The notes: generated by a model not told the origin, from the sequence alone. A stretch of DNA of 64,000 bases from Treponemataceae bacterium (GCA_963677895.2 CAXXGJ010000006.1:192001-256000), one strand, 5' to 3'. Shown: positions 37,456 through 47,791, counted from the first letter of the stretch. Numbers and translations: made by a program.

Positions 37456-38540
37456 GTGAAGATCAGCTGGCCGGCGCTATAAACGCCATCGCCGAACGCG
37501 CTCTTTCGCGGAAACTCGCCGCGGGACTCGTCGTGAGAATCGAGCGCGGCGGCCAGCCGATTTTTGAACATGCCTACGGATACGCGCTCGTCGCGGCGAA
37601 CCGCCACGATCCCATGACGGCGGGCACGAAATTCGATCTCGCTTCCCTCACGAAACTATTCACCACGACGGCCGCCCTGCGTCTCGCGACGGGGAAAAGG
37701 ATTCCCCTCGACGCGCCGTTGCGCGATATCGAATTTACCGCCAGGATGTCGTCCGGACATCCCCTGCTCGAAAAGGCTTTTTCCACCATCACGGTCAGGA
37801 AGCTGATGACGCATTCGAGCGGCCTGCATTACTGGTATCCATTCTACGCCACGGGCGGCGGCGAATTCGCTTCCATAATGGAAAGCGTTTTGAAGCGCTT
37901 CCCGCTCGGCGGCGAGGTCGTCTATTCCGACCTGAATTACATGCTTCTCGGAAAGATCGTGGAGAACGCGAGCGGATTCCCGCTGAAGGCGGCGTTGCGC
38001 GATATCGTCTGCGGACCGTTGAAGTTGGCTGACACAGGATACAAGCTCGAGCGCGGTCCCTTCGCCGCGACGGAATTCGGCAATCTCATAGAGAAGAAAA
38101 TGGTAGAGGACCTCGGTCTCGTCTTTTCGAGCTGGCGCCCGGACGGCATCCCCCTAGTGGGCGAACCGGACGACGGGAACTGCCACTACTTTTTCAGCGG
38201 CGTGGCCGGCCACGCCGGCGTCTTCTCGACGGCGCGCGACCTCTGCGCGCTGGGCAAGGTGTATCTGGACCCGAACGGCCACAACGGATTCATCTCGCCG
38301 AGCCTTGTCGCGGAAGCCGGCCAGGATCACGGAGGGAATCGCGGTCTTGGATTCCAGCTGGGCGACCTCTATCCGGGCGGCGGCTTCGGCCACACGGGAT
38401 TCACCGGAACCTATCTCTACCTGAACCGCGAATCGCGGCTTGCGGTCGCCATCCTCGCCAACCGCCTCCATGTCGAGGCGCCGCAGAACATCAACGAGTT
38501 GAGGAAAGAGCTCGTCGGCGCGATACTCCGGGAGCTCTGA
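37452..38540 (+). CDS. Serine hydrolase, beta-lactamase/AmpC fold
   Basis: FDLASLTK (SxxK), LMTHSSGL, YSDLNY, GHTGFTG. Confidence 0.9.
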   Translation: MSEDQLAGAINAIAERALSRKLAAGLVVRIERGGQPIFEHAYGYALVAANRHDPMTAGTKFDLASLTKLFTTTAALRLATGKRIPLDAPLRDIEFTARMSSGHPLLEKAFSTITVRKLMTHSSGLHYWYPFYATGGGEFASIMESVLKRFPLGGEVVYSDLNYMLLGKIVENASGFPLKAALRDIVCGPLKLADTGYKLERGPFAATEFGNLIEKKMVEDLGLVFSSWRPDGIPLVGEPDDGNCHYFFSGVAGHAGVFSTARDLCALGKVYLDPNGHNGFISPSLVAEAGQDHGGNRGLGFQLGDLYPGGGFGHTGFTGTYLYLNRESRLAVAILANRLHVEAPQNINELRKELVGAILREL

Positions 38541-38708
38541 CGGGCCGAAGCCGACCTGAGCGCCTTTTCCCTGTCTTGACGCGCCCTCCCAATTCATGGA
38601 TTCATGTAACGCTCAAAAAAATTCCGTAAAACGGAACGGCGCTCGAGCGCCGCTATAGCCTCACAACATCGACGGCATGTCGCCGTCTCCGCGAAACAAT
38701 CAGGGAGG

Positions 38709-39983
38709 ATGAACATCGTGTACGGTATCGATTTCGGAACCTCCAATACCGTCGTCTCCATCGAATCGGGCGGAAAATCGGAAGTGGTGGATCTGGGCGG
38801 CGGCGAGAAAGTGCTGCCTTCCATCATGTTTTTCGAAAGAGACAAAACTGTCGCGATCGGGACCGAGGGAATACGCGAATATTCGGCGGCTTTGGAGCGG
38901 CACAGGCTTTCGAGGGATCTGTACCGGCACTTTCGGCTTTTCCAAGCCCTGAAGCTCGCGCTCAAGGACGAATATTTCGAAGGTTCCCACGTTTTCGGCA
39001 AATATTGGAGCGGGGAAGCCCTGACCGGCCTCTTTCTCCGCGAAGTGAGACGGAGAGCCGACGCGAGCTGCGGAAAAGCGAGAAGAGAGGTAGTCCTGGG
39101 CAGGCCGGTGCGCCTCGCCGAGACTCCCGAAAAAGACGCGCTTATCCAGAAACGCTTCGAGGACGCCTGCCGCCTCGCGGGATTCGAGGAGGTGCATTTC
39201 GTCAAGGAACCGGTCGCGGCGATGGCGAGCCTCATCGGAGACGTCAAAGGATGCACGCTCGTGTTCGATTTCGGCGGCGGCACGCTGGACATCACCGTGG
39301 CGAGACTCCTGGACGATGGCATCGAGATCCTCTCGAGCGAAGGCGCCAACCTGGGCGGCTATATCTTGGACGAAGACCTCTCGCGCGGCCGCATCATCAA
39401 GCACTTCGGCTACGGCGGTCACATCAGGACGATGACGGGAAAGAGTCTCGAGATCCCGCGCTGGATCACCAATCAGGTGGCCTCATTCTACGCGCTTCCC
39501 CTTGGCGACGTGGTCAAGACGAAGCAGACTATCCAGGATCTGATGTACGACGCCGACAGGAAATCGGAACTCAAAGGCCTCATCGAGTTCCTGGACAGAA
39601 ACCTCGCCTTCGGTCTCTTCGGGAAGATCGACGACGCCAAGATCGCGCTATCCTCGCGGGACGCGGCATCGGTCGAATTCGACGTGCCGCCCCATATCGC
39701 CCTTAGAGAGAAGATCAGCAGAAGCGATTTCGAGCAAATCATCGGAAAGAGGGTGCTCGCCGCCGAAGCTCTGGTGCTCAAGGCTGTCGCCGAGGCGGGC
39801 ATCGAGACGGAAGCCGTCAGCCATGTCATAAGGGTGGGAGGTTCCTGCAGAATCCCCGCTTTCGTGAGAATGCTCGAAAGGAATTTTCCAGGCAAAGTAC
39901 GCGAAGGCGAGGTCTACACCAGCATTTCGGCCGGTCTGTTGAGAGCGTGGCGTCTAGGGCTCAGCTGCGATCGGCAAGGCTAG
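38709..39983 (+). CDS. Hsp70-family protein (YegD-like)
   Basis: GIDFGTSN, EPVAA, DFGGGTLD, VGGSCRIP; no substrate-binding domain. Confidence 0.88.
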   Translation: MNIVYGIDFGTSNTVVSIESGGKSEVVDLGGGEKVLPSIMFFERDKTVAIGTEGIREYSAALERHRLSRDLYRHFRLFQALKLALKDEYFEGSHVFGKYWSGEALTGLFLREVRRRADASCGKARREVVLGRPVRLAETPEKDALIQKRFEDACRLAGFEEVHFVKEPVAAMASLIGDVKGCTLVFDFGGGTLDITVARLLDDGIEILSSEGANLGGYILDEDLSRGRIIKHFGYGGHIRTMTGKSLEIPRWITNQVASFYALPLGDVVKTKQTIQDLMYDADRKSELKGLIEFLDRNLAFGLFGKIDDAKIALSSRDAASVEFDVPPHIALREKISRSDFEQIIGKRVLAAEALVLKAVAEAGIETEAVSHVIRVGGSCRIPAFVRMLERNFPGKVREGEVYTSISAGLLRAWRLGLSCDRQG

Positions 39984-39991
39984 AATCCGTT

Positions 39992-40492
39992 CTAGAATTT
40001 GTAGCCGAATCTTCTGAGCATCGCCTTGCGGTCCGCCTTGTCGGAATCGCCTTCAACCCCGAGCGGGGAAGACCCATCTATCACGCCGAGAATGCCGGCT
40101 CCCTGTTCTGTCCTCGCGCGCACAACCTGCAGCGCGTTGGCGGTGGCGCAGAAAATCCCGCAGACTTCGGGACAGGCCTTTATGCGATCCAGGACATTGA
40201 TGGGATACGTACCGGGGCCCAGGACGAGATAAAAGCTGTGCCCGGCGCCCACCGCCAGGGCGCAATCCACCGCGCTTTTCACCAAGGCCGGATCGGTACC
40301 CTCGGATCGCACGAGGCAGACGCCCGACGCTTCGTTGAAGGCCAGTCCATACTTGGCGCCGGGCGCTGAATTGGCCATTATTTCGGCTATATCCTCCACG
40401 GTCTTGATGAAATGCGACTGTCCGACGACGATATTGCAGTCGGCGGGTATCTGAAGTTGAACGATATCGAGTTCCACGGCTTTCTCCTTCAT
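39992..40492 (-). CDS. Adenosine-specific kinase family (DUF355)
   Basis: GQSHFIKTVED, AFNEASG, GAGHSF, CATAN. Confidence 0.85.
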   Translation of the reverse strand: MKEKAVELDIVQLQIPADCNIVVGQSHFIKTVEDIAEIMANSAPGAKYGLAFNEASGVCLVRSEGTDPALVKSAVDCALAVGAGHSFYLVLGPGTYPINVLDRIKACPEVCGIFCATANALQVVRARTEQGAGILGVIDGSSPLGVEGDSDKADRKAMLRRFGYKF

Positions 40493-41289
40493 TCTTCCTG
40501 GACTTCTTTATGAACGGGCCGGCCCACGGGGGCGGCGTACATGGCGAACATATCCTCGCCGTCCAGTCCGAGATACGCGTCGAGCTTTTTCTGGTCGTAG
40601 GCGCCCACGGCGCAGGTTCCTAAGCCCAAGGCTTCGCATGCGAGATAGAGATTCTGGCAGGAATGGCCGGCGTCCAGGGCCACGAGCTTGTCGGCCGCCT
40701 TGCCGTAGCGCCATTCGCTCCTGTAGGGAACGGCCGCCCAGAGAATGACGCAGGATGAATTCCGCAGCTGGTCCATGAGGGCTTCGTTGAGCGATTCTGA
40801 ATCGTCGCCCTCCCTTTCGAGCACAAGGGAATGTTCCAGCGGGAGATAGCGGTAAAGCCCGGGCTTGAGTCCATCGATCCTGCGAGCGGAAACATAGAGA
40901 TCCAGGGGGTGCCTGGCGCCGCCCGATGGCGTCGTCCTGAAGGAAAATTTTCCCCTGTTCTCGCGCACGCCTTCGCAGGACCATAGAAGATAGGAAAGCT
41001 CCGCGAGTGAAAGCGGCGCTGTTTCGAAAACGCGCCTCGATTTGCGGCTTTTCAGCAAGCGATGGAGGGTTGGCGCCGCCATTATTGGCGCCGCCTGTTT
41101 TCCATCGACGCTTTCCCGTTCCGCGTAGACTTCCTCCACGGGAGGAAGCGTCACGACGCTGTCGTCGGATTCGGGAGGAGTCTCCTGGAGGGGAGCGGGC
41201 AGTCCTTTCGACTGGTCGGAAACCGTTTCCTTGACGAGCTGCCAGTTGGATTTCAGGAAATGTCTTCCCTGAAGGTATCGGTCATCCAT
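40489..41289 (-). CDS. SagB/ThcOx-like nitroreductase-fold protein
   Basis: RKSRR, RTTPSGGARHP, DAGHSCQNLYL. Confidence 0.85.
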   Translation of the reverse strand: MDDRYLQGRHFLKSNWQLVKETVSDQSKGLPAPLQETPPESDDSVVTLPPVEEVYAERESVDGKQAAPIMAAPTLHRLLKSRKSRRVFETAPLSLAELSYLLWSCEGVRENRGKFSFRTTPSGGARHPLDLYVSARRIDGLKPGLYRYLPLEHSLVLEREGDDSESLNEALMDQLRNSSCVILWAAVPYRSEWRYGKAADKLVALDAGHSCQNLYLACEALGLGTCAVGAYDQKKLDAYLGLDGEDMFAMYAAPVGRPVHKEVQEE

Positions 41290-41791
41290 TGTTCTTTCCT
41301 TGAAACAGAATCGTTTCTATGTAGTCCACCGCGTCGGCCACAATCCTGTTGCACACCTTGTCGCTCAGGCCGCCCGCCTTCACCGCCGCTTGGCCTTCGT
41401 CGGTCCATAGGTCGGCGCCGCCGAGAAGGACGCGGCACTGGGTCGATCCATACCTCGTTTCCATCTCCGCCACGAATTTCGCGACCGCCCCGTAGGTATT
41501 CATCTTTCCGTCCTGGTCCGATCCTTCTTCGCTTCCCATGGCGAGCGAGAGGGCAAGGACGCCGCCGCTGATCGCCCCGCAGGTGAGTCCCATCCTGCCC
41601 ATGCCGCCGCCCAAGCCCGTCGAGATCTTGTGCGCGAGGCGCTCATCCATGCCGAAATCGGCGGCGAATACGGTAAACACCGCCTGAGAACAAGAAGAAC
41701 CGCCGCCATGCAATGCCACCGCCCGTTCCGCTCTGGTCATATGTTTCCTCGCTGATGTATCGACTTCAGCCACTGTTATACTACCATCCAT
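41282..41791 (-). CDS. C-GCAxxG-C-C family redox protein
   Basis: SCSQAV, GGGMG..TCGAISGG, TQC, VC; start may be 41740. Confidence 0.8.
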   Translation of the reverse strand: MDGSITVAEVDTSARKHMTRAERAVALHGGGSSCSQAVFTVFAADFGMDERLAHKISTGLGGGMGRMGLTCGAISGGVLALSLAMGSEEGSDQDGKMNTYGAVAKFVAEMETRYGSTQCRVLLGGADLWTDEGQAAVKAGGLSDKVCNRIVADAVDYIETILFQGKNNG

Positions 41792-41853
41792 GAGGCTCAG
41801 GCAATCGCGGCGCCATTCCGGCCTTATCGATACGAACGCGCCGTCGTCTCAGC

Positions 41854-43344
41854 CTATCGATACGAACGCGCCGCTTTCACCGCCTTCTCCCAGCCCGACA
41901 CGAGGCGGCTCCTCGTCCCACCGTCCATCTCCGGCCTGAATTCCCGGCGCTTTCTCCAATTCTTCTTCACGTCGTCCAGCCCCGACCAGTAACCCGCGGC
42001 GAGACCGGCCATGTAGGCGGCGCCCAGGGCGGTGGTCTCGGTGACTTCGGGCAGGACGACATTCCGCTCGGTGATATCGGCCTGGAACTGCATCAGGAAG
42101 GAGTTGGCCGAAGCGCCGCCGTCGGCTTTTATGCTCGCAAGCCTGCGGCCTGAATCCTTTTCCATGGCGTCGAGAAGATCGCGCGACTCATAGGCGATCG
42201 CTTCCAGGGCCGCGCGCACGAAATGCGCCCTCGTCGTGCCCCTTGTGATGCCCACAACGGTTCCGCGTACCTCCGAATCCCAATAAGGCGCTCCCAGGCC
42301 GACGAACGCGGGGACCAGGTAGACTCCGCCCGTGTCCGGCACGGAGCGGGCGAGTTCTTCGCTCTCGCTCGACTGGGCCAGAAGGCCCATCTGGTCGCGT
42401 AACCACTGGATGACGGCGCCCGCGATGAAAACCGAGCCCTCGAGGGCGTAGGTGTAGCCCTTGCCGAGATCCCAGGCCACGGTCGTGAGGAGGTTGTGCT
42501 CCGAAACGACAGGGAAGGGGCCCGCGTTCATAAGGGTGAAACAGCCAGTGCCGTAAGTGTTCTTGGCCTCCCCGGGCTCGAAGCAGGCGTGGCCGAAAAG
42601 GGCAGCCTGCTGATCGCCCGCGACGCCCGTAACGGGAATCGCGGTTCCGAAAAGCTCAGCGCGCGCGGTCCCGAAGAACCCCGAACTGGGCAGCACCTCA
42701 GGTAGAATGGAGCGCGGCACGCCGAGCAGTTTCAGGAGATCGTCATCCCATGTCCGTTTTCTAATATCGAAGAGGAGCGTACGGCTCGCGTTGGTGGGGT
42801 CGGTGGCGTGGCGTCCGGTAAGGCGGTAGATAAGCCAGGAATCTATGGTGCCGAACATGAGTTCGCCGCGCTCGGCACGCACGCGCAGGTCGGGACGCTC
42901 CCTGAACAGCCAAGTGAGCTTGGTGCCCGAAAAATAGGCGTCCAGCACGAGGCCGGTCTTTTCGCGTATTTCCGGCTCGGCCCCTGCCGCCCGCAGCTCG
43001 TCGCATATGCCCGACGAACGCCTGCACTGCCAGACAATGGCGTTGTACACGGGTTTGCCGGTATCGCGCTCCCAGAGCACCGTCGTCTCGCGCTGGTTCG
43101 TGATGCCTATGGCGAGTATCTGGTCGCTTTCGATCTGGGCCGCCGCGATGGCGCCGCGCGCCGCCTCGAGCTGGGTCGTCCAGATTTCCTCGGGGTCGTG
43201 CTCGACCCAACCCGGCTTGGGAAATATCTGATTGAAGGGAATCTGCTTGACGCCGATGATGATGCCGTCATGGTTGAATAAAATCGCCCTCGAAGAGGTC
43301 GTGCCCTGATCCAGGGCAAGAATATACTGTTCTTTTGTCGACAT
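41854..43344 (-). CDS. glpK: Glycerol kinase
   Basis: ALDQGTTSSR, GITNQRET, GDQQAALFG, KNTYGTG; real start MSTKEQ. Confidence 0.97.
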   Translation of the reverse strand: MSTKEQYILALDQGTTSSRAILFNHDGIIIGVKQIPFNQIFPKPGWVEHDPEEIWTTQLEAARGAIAAAQIESDQILAIGITNQRETTVLWERDTGKPVYNAIVWQCRRSSGICDELRAAGAEPEIREKTGLVLDAYFSGTKLTWLFRERPDLRVRAERGELMFGTIDSWLIYRLTGRHATDPTNASRTLLFDIRKRTWDDDLLKLLGVPRSILPEVLPSSGFFGTARAELFGTAIPVTGVAGDQQAALFGHACFEPGEAKNTYGTGCFTLMNAGPFPVVSEHNLLTTVAWDLGKGYTYALEGSVFIAGAVIQWLRDQMGLLAQSSESEELARSVPDTGGVYLVPAFVGLGAPYWDSEVRGTVVGITRGTTRAHFVRAALEAIAYESRDLLDAMEKDSGRRLASIKADGGASANSFLMQFQADITERNVVLPEVTETTALGAAYMAGLAAGYWSGLDDVKKNWRKRREFRPEMDGGTRSRLVSGWEKAVKAARSYR

Positions 43345-43449
43345 GGATGTAGTATACTCCGGAAACGAAGAACGTGAAACGCCGAAAACGGCAGCGCGGC
43401 GGCCTTGAAAGTGGTATGGCCGCATGCCGGTTTCATCCTGGGGGAAGCC

Positions 43450-43935
43450 ATGGAAAAGAACGAATTCAATGCTCTCGTGAACGCTTTCGAGCACGCGTAC
43501 GACGCCTTGTCGGCCGAGCTGAACCCGCTCGGTCCCGATGAATTGAACTTCGTGCCGCCTATCCTCGACGCCTGGTCCATCAACGAACACCTCGTCCATC
43601 TCCTGGACGCCGACAGTAACCTCGTGATGCGACTGAGGGGCGCGGTGGCGGAACCTGGAAGGAGCGTGCCCGTCTGGAACCAGGAGGCCTGGCGCGCGAA
43701 GAACAATTATTCCGCGAGCGACGGCGTTTTCTGCCTCGATCTTGCCGTTTCCCTCAGGAAATTCCTGGCCGAATCGCTCCGGACCCTCGACGACGCGACC
43801 CGCGAAGCAGCCTGCGTCATGCATCCCGAACGGGGCAAGCTCAGCCTTGCCGATGTCCTGACCATCTATACGGGACATGCCGATTTTCACTTCAAGTATC
43901 TGAAAAGGAATCTTGAGGCGTTTAAAAATAAATAG
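43450..43935 (+). CDS. DinB-family protein
   Basis: WSINEHLVHLLD ... H...H pattern. Confidence 0.75.
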   Translation: MEKNEFNALVNAFEHAYDALSAELNPLGPDELNFVPPILDAWSINEHLVHLLDADSNLVMRLRGAVAEPGRSVPVWNQEAWRAKNNYSASDGVFCLDLAVSLRKFLAESLRTLDDATREAACVMHPERGKLSLADVLTIYTGHADFHFKYLKRNLEAFKNK

Positions 43936-43950
43936 CTCAGAGGAAGTACG

Positions 43951-44652
43951 ATGGATCTGATGGAAAGCCTTACGACGATACGAATCGGCCCGATGGACGC
44001 CGCCATCCGCCTCATCCTGGCCATGTTGGCGGGAGGGCTGGTGGGAATGGAGCGCGAGATGCGCCGCCAGACCGCCGGCCTGCGCACCCATATTCTCATA
44101 TCGCTCGGCTCCTGCCTCCTGATGATGCTCTCCATCTGGATGCCCCAGTCCGTCGGCCTCGACAAGGGCGATCCGGGGCGCATCGCCGCCCAGGTGGTGT
44201 CGGGCATAGGTTTCCTTGGCGCCGGCGCCTTCATAAAAATCGGCAACAACGTGAAGGGCATGACGACAGCGGCCAGTCTCTGGGTCGTGGCGGCCATCGG
44301 CCTGACCATAGGCGGCGGCATGTGGATCGCCGGCCTCATCACCCTTGTCCTGGTCCTGATCGCCCTCGCCGCCCTGGAGCCCGTCGAGCGCAAGCTTTTC
44401 CCCGCCGAGCGTTTCAAATACATCGGCATCTGGTTCGCGGAAAATACGGCCGACCGAGGCAAAGTCCTCGACGTCCTCGCCGAGCACGGCATACGCGTCC
44501 AATCCGTCGACGCGAGCCAGGATGTGGCCAGGCAATCCACCAAGTTCTCCGTGCTGGCCAAGATCCCCGTCGATGTGGACATAGAGCGTCTCTTCAGGGA
44601 CCTTCGCCATATCGGCAACGTCGAAAAGGTGAAAATCGAGGAAAACGCCTAA
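43951..44652 (+). CDS. MgtC/SapB-family membrane protein
   Basis: GMERE..AGLRTH, RIAAQVVSGIGFLGAG, TTAASLW. Confidence 0.92.
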   Translation: MDLMESLTTIRIGPMDAAIRLILAMLAGGLVGMEREMRRQTAGLRTHILISLGSCLLMMLSIWMPQSVGLDKGDPGRIAAQVVSGIGFLGAGAFIKIGNNVKGMTTAASLWVVAAIGLTIGGGMWIAGLITLVLVLIALAALEPVERKLFPAERFKYIGIWFAENTADRGKVLDVLAEHGIRVQSVDASQDVARQSTKFSVLAKIPVDVDIERLFRDLRHIGNVEKVKIEENA

Positions 44653-44709
44653 CCGAGTCTGACGGCCACGGACCAAGCTCGAACTTATTGGGTTTGTTCA
44701 GGTGAAGAC

Positions 44710-45408
44710 TCAGCGGGCCAGCCAGCTCCTGACGTCGTTCAAGTTCCCAAATACCCGCGCGGCCTTGCACAGTGCTTCTTCATCCGGCTGTATCAAATCG
44801 GGAACCATCACCGGTATCGTCCCCGCCGCGTAGGCCGCGGCTATTCCTGTGCGCGAATCCTCCAGCACCAGGCAGGAGCCGGGGGTCACACCGAGCCCTG
44901 CGGCTGCCTTCAGATATATCTCGGGATCGGGTTTTGTCTTCTCAACCTCATCCCCGCAAATGGTAAAGTTGAAGCGCTCAAAAAGGCCCGCCTTGCGCAG
45001 AAGCGGCATGACGCGGGGCCTTGTGGTTGACGTCGCCACGGCCATCGGAATCTTTTCAGCCTTGAAAAAGCCAATAATATCAAGGAGGCCGTGTTTGAGC
45101 GGAACTTCATTCTCACGGAAATAATCGGCTTCCAGGGCGAGCCTGGTAGCCCTGATGGCGTCGTAAGGGAATTCCGGCCCATGCGTTTCCATCATGAACA
45201 GCCTGCCGGAGGCGCTCGACTGTCCGACGAGGCTCTTGAGCACTTCGGGGCCGATGTCCCAACCGTGCGCGGCTCCCGCCTTTGTCCAAAGCTCATGGGC
45301 GACCCTTTCGGTATCGAACATGAGCCCATCCATATCGAATGCGACCGCCTCGATCGCGAAACCATCCACGCATAGCATTCCCGTACTCCTCAAAACTGGT
45401 TGTGCCAT
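44710..45408 (-). CDS. HAD-family phosphatase
   Basis: FDMDGLMFDTE, KPDPEIY, EDSRTG. Confidence 0.9.
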   Translation of the reverse strand: MAQPVLRSTGMLCVDGFAIEAVAFDMDGLMFDTERVAHELWTKAGAAHGWDIGPEVLKSLVGQSSASGRLFMMETHGPEFPYDAIRATRLALEADYFRENEVPLKHGLLDIIGFFKAEKIPMAVATSTTRPRVMPLLRKAGLFERFNFTICGDEVEKTKPDPEIYLKAAAGLGVTPGSCLVLEDSRTGIAAAYAAGTIPVMVPDLIQPDEEALCKAARVFGNLNDVRSWLAR

Positions 45409-45522
45409 AATGTACTATTCCATGTAAGCATGAAAAGCGCTTAACCCTTCAGCCAGAGTTCTTTGGCTAAAATCTCGCGATCGGCAGTCAAATGCGCTGC
45501 AAAACCAGCCTGTGCCATTCCG

Positions 45523-45551
45523 TTGACTTTTTTCTGCCCAGCTTGTATATT
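45523..45551 (+). promoter_or_regulatory. Sigma70 promoter of the tRNA
   Basis: TTGACT-N17-TATATT. Confidence 0.65.
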
Positions 45552-45605
45552 TTTTGCCGCGCCCGGAGGGTGAATAGTCCCTCGTGGCGTTCCGCTTGGT
45601 TGCGC

Positions 45606-45679
45606 GGGCCCATAGCTCAGTTGGTTAGAGCCGCGGACTCATAATCCGTTGGTCCCTGGTTCAAGTCCAGGTGGGCCCA
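45606..45679 (+). tRNA. tRNA with CAT anticodon, most likely tRNA-Ile2 (lysidine); CCA not encoded
   Basis: Cloverleaf GGGCCCA/TGGGCCC, anticodon loop CTCATAA, T-loop TTCAAGT. C4:G69 and C5:G68 pairs as in Ile2; lacks initiator features. Confidence 0.9.
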
Positions 45680-45792
45680 TACCCTAAGACACTTTAGGGA
45701 AATGAATTACGATCAGCTACCAGAAAACTGGCGCTGAATCCTTATCCAATTGTGAGATGGAATTGTGAGAAATTCCGTCTTGGGAGGGTTCA

Positions 45793-47133
45793 ATGCGTCA
45801 GAAGCTGTTCTCGCTACAACTTCGAAATGGTACTTACTATGCTCAGTTGTTTAACCCCATTACACGGAAGTACTCTTCACCAAGATCAACCAGAACTTCT
45901 GATTATGGCGAAGCTAATGGCATAGCCTTAGATTGGCTTAAGAACGGCCTTCCTAATGCACGAAGAGGGCGCTATTCCGAAACCAGCAACTTTGACAGAA
46001 AACGACGAGAAATAGCCGATCTTCTATCGGTAGATGCTGCTATAGCTACCATTAAATCCGATCACTTCAGTCTTGATGATGGCCAGAGAATAGTTGAGGC
46101 TTTGAAAGAACGCGGTATCATCGAATCTGTGGTCCTTACGAGTTCATCCAGCCAGAAGCTGCTTATCCAGTACCTCAAGGATTTCTGGACTTACGAGACA
46201 TCTCCTTACGTTCATGAGAAGCATCTGTATGGGCAGCGTATTGGGAAGCGGCACGTCCTTGAATCCTTGCATCGCGTTCAATACTGGGAGAAGGCTTTTT
46301 CTTCAACCACTCTACTTAGTGAAGTATCAATTCATGACCTTAGAGACTTTACTCTCAAATTAGCCGAAGAAGGCCGGGCAGCAAATACCATCAATCAGAT
46401 CATGTTTGCCGGAACGACAGCGCTGAAATGGGCTGCTTCCCATGGGCAACTGACTGTTGATCCAACAAAAGGCTTAATGCAGTTCTCTGGACAGGCGATA
46501 AAGCGTGGGATTCTCACTGAAAAGGAAGCATCAAGTCTATTCCGTATAGCCTGGAAAGATGAACGGGCTAGGATAGGTAACCTTGTAGCGATGACGACTG
46601 GTTTGCGATCTGGTGAAGTACTAGCATTACAAATCGAGGATATTGGAGCAGATAGGCTTTTCATTCGTCATTCCTGGAGTGCGGCCGATGAGTTAAAGGG
46701 AACCAAGACAAACCGTGAACGGATAGTCCCCTTATTGCCGCAAGTTCGAACGGAATTGATAGCCTTAGCGAAAAAGAACCCACACCGAGGTCCGGAACAA
46801 AAGTTCATCTTCTATGGGCTGCTTCCTGGAAAGCCGATGGTTCCTAATATTCTCCTTGAGGGTTTATGTAGTGCCCTGATAGATATCGGGATGACGGAAG
46901 AAGCTCGGCAAGAACGTCACATCTGTTTCCACTCATGGCGACATTATTTCACAGCACATATGAATTCCATAGCAGATTCTAAAAAGGTTCAGAAGGCAAC
47001 AGGACATACAACGGATTCGGTGTTCGACGGTTATGCCGATCATGAGATAGCTTCTGATATGAAGGTGCTTTCAAAGACAGCAAAGAGTGTCTTCAAGAAA
47101 GTACTAGACTTTAAAATTGCAGTTGATCAATGA
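45793..47133 (+). CDS. Tyrosine recombinase/integrase
   Basis: TGLRSGE (R), TKT (K), HSWRH, GH, DGYA (Y): full catalytic set. Confidence 0.93.
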   Translation: MRQKLFSLQLRNGTYYAQLFNPITRKYSSPRSTRTSDYGEANGIALDWLKNGLPNARRGRYSETSNFDRKRREIADLLSVDAAIATIKSDHFSLDDGQRIVEALKERGIIESVVLTSSSSQKLLIQYLKDFWTYETSPYVHEKHLYGQRIGKRHVLESLHRVQYWEKAFSSTTLLSEVSIHDLRDFTLKLAEEGRAANTINQIMFAGTTALKWAASHGQLTVDPTKGLMQFSGQAIKRGILTEKEASSLFRIAWKDERARIGNLVAMTTGLRSGEVLALQIEDIGADRLFIRHSWSAADELKGTKTNRERIVPLLPQVRTELIALAKKNPHRGPEQKFIFYGLLPGKPMVPNILLEGLCSALIDIGMTEEARQERHICFHSWRHYFTAHMNSIADSKKVQKATGHTTDSVFDGYADHEIASDMKVLSKTAKSVFKKVLDFKIAVDQ

Positions 47134-47149
47134 CCTTTTGGTCGGCTGA

Positions 47150-47791
47150 TCATGAACCAGGGGAGCTTTGATTAGTAGACTTCCCTAATAATTTGTTTCG
47201 GTGCTTAGAGCGTTCTTGGCGTTTCTTTTCTTCATCACTAGCATTTTTCAGCCTCGATTTTGTAGCGCTATACGACTCAGGTGAAATATCCCGATTATTA
47301 ATGAGGAAACATGAGATGATAGCCGTACGAGCTGGTGGAATTTCTAGCTTCCCTTCTTTTTGTACCTCCTCTAGCCATAGGCATAGCTCTTTTAAAGTAC
47401 CATTGAATTTAAGTTTTCCAATATCGCTGTTTCTTGCAACCTTCTGAAAGACACTGCTCGCATTATTAAATTCAATGCTTACTGCCTCGCGGATTTCTTC
47501 TATAAAACTCGTTTGGGAAACAGCATAGTCCCTTAAGGAAGGCGGTTGATGCAGAGCTTTAGATAGTTTTTGAATAGTATATAAAATAGGTCGGATCTCT
47601 TCAGGTTCCTCCTCTATTATTGGATCAATACTAGGCTCGTTGTGCTGCAGTTCAAAAGGAGAAATTTGCCTCAGTTGGCCTTCAAGATATGCTAATCTTT
47701 CTTTTATTATATCCAAAGCCGTAGTGATCTGTAGTTTTTTGCTAAGAACATCCTTAAGCACAATATCAAGATCCATCATTTTCTTAAACAC
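47150..47791 (-). CDS. Hypothetical protein, C-terminus weakly RteC-like
   Basis: 213-aa ORF in AT-rich DNA; KLKFNGTLKELCLWLEEVQKEGKL. Confidence 0.55.
   Translation of the reverse strand: MFKKMMDLDIVLKDVLSKKLQITTALDIIKERLAYLEGQLRQISPFELQHNEPSIDPIIEEEPEEIRPILYTIQKLSKALHQPPSLRDYAVSQTSFIEEIREAVSIEFNNASSVFQKVARNSDIGKLKFNGTLKELCLWLEEVQKEGKLEIPPARTAIISCFLINNRDISPESYSATKSRLKNASDEEKKRQERSKHRNKLLGKSTNQSSPGS

Noticed and set aside
40489..41289. RiPP (azole) biosynthetic cluster
   Set aside because: Stand-alone SagB-like protein; no YcaO or precursor peptide nearby.
41854..44676. 940-aa ORF suggesting a GlpK fusion
   Set aside because: The N-terminal half is the antisense of mgtC and the DinB gene; GlpK starts at 43344.
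45606..45679. Initiator or elongator tRNA-Met call
   Set aside because: G1:C72 is paired, the anticodon stem lacks three consecutive G:C pairs, and C4:G69/C5:G68 favour Ile2. Elongator Met is not fully excluded.
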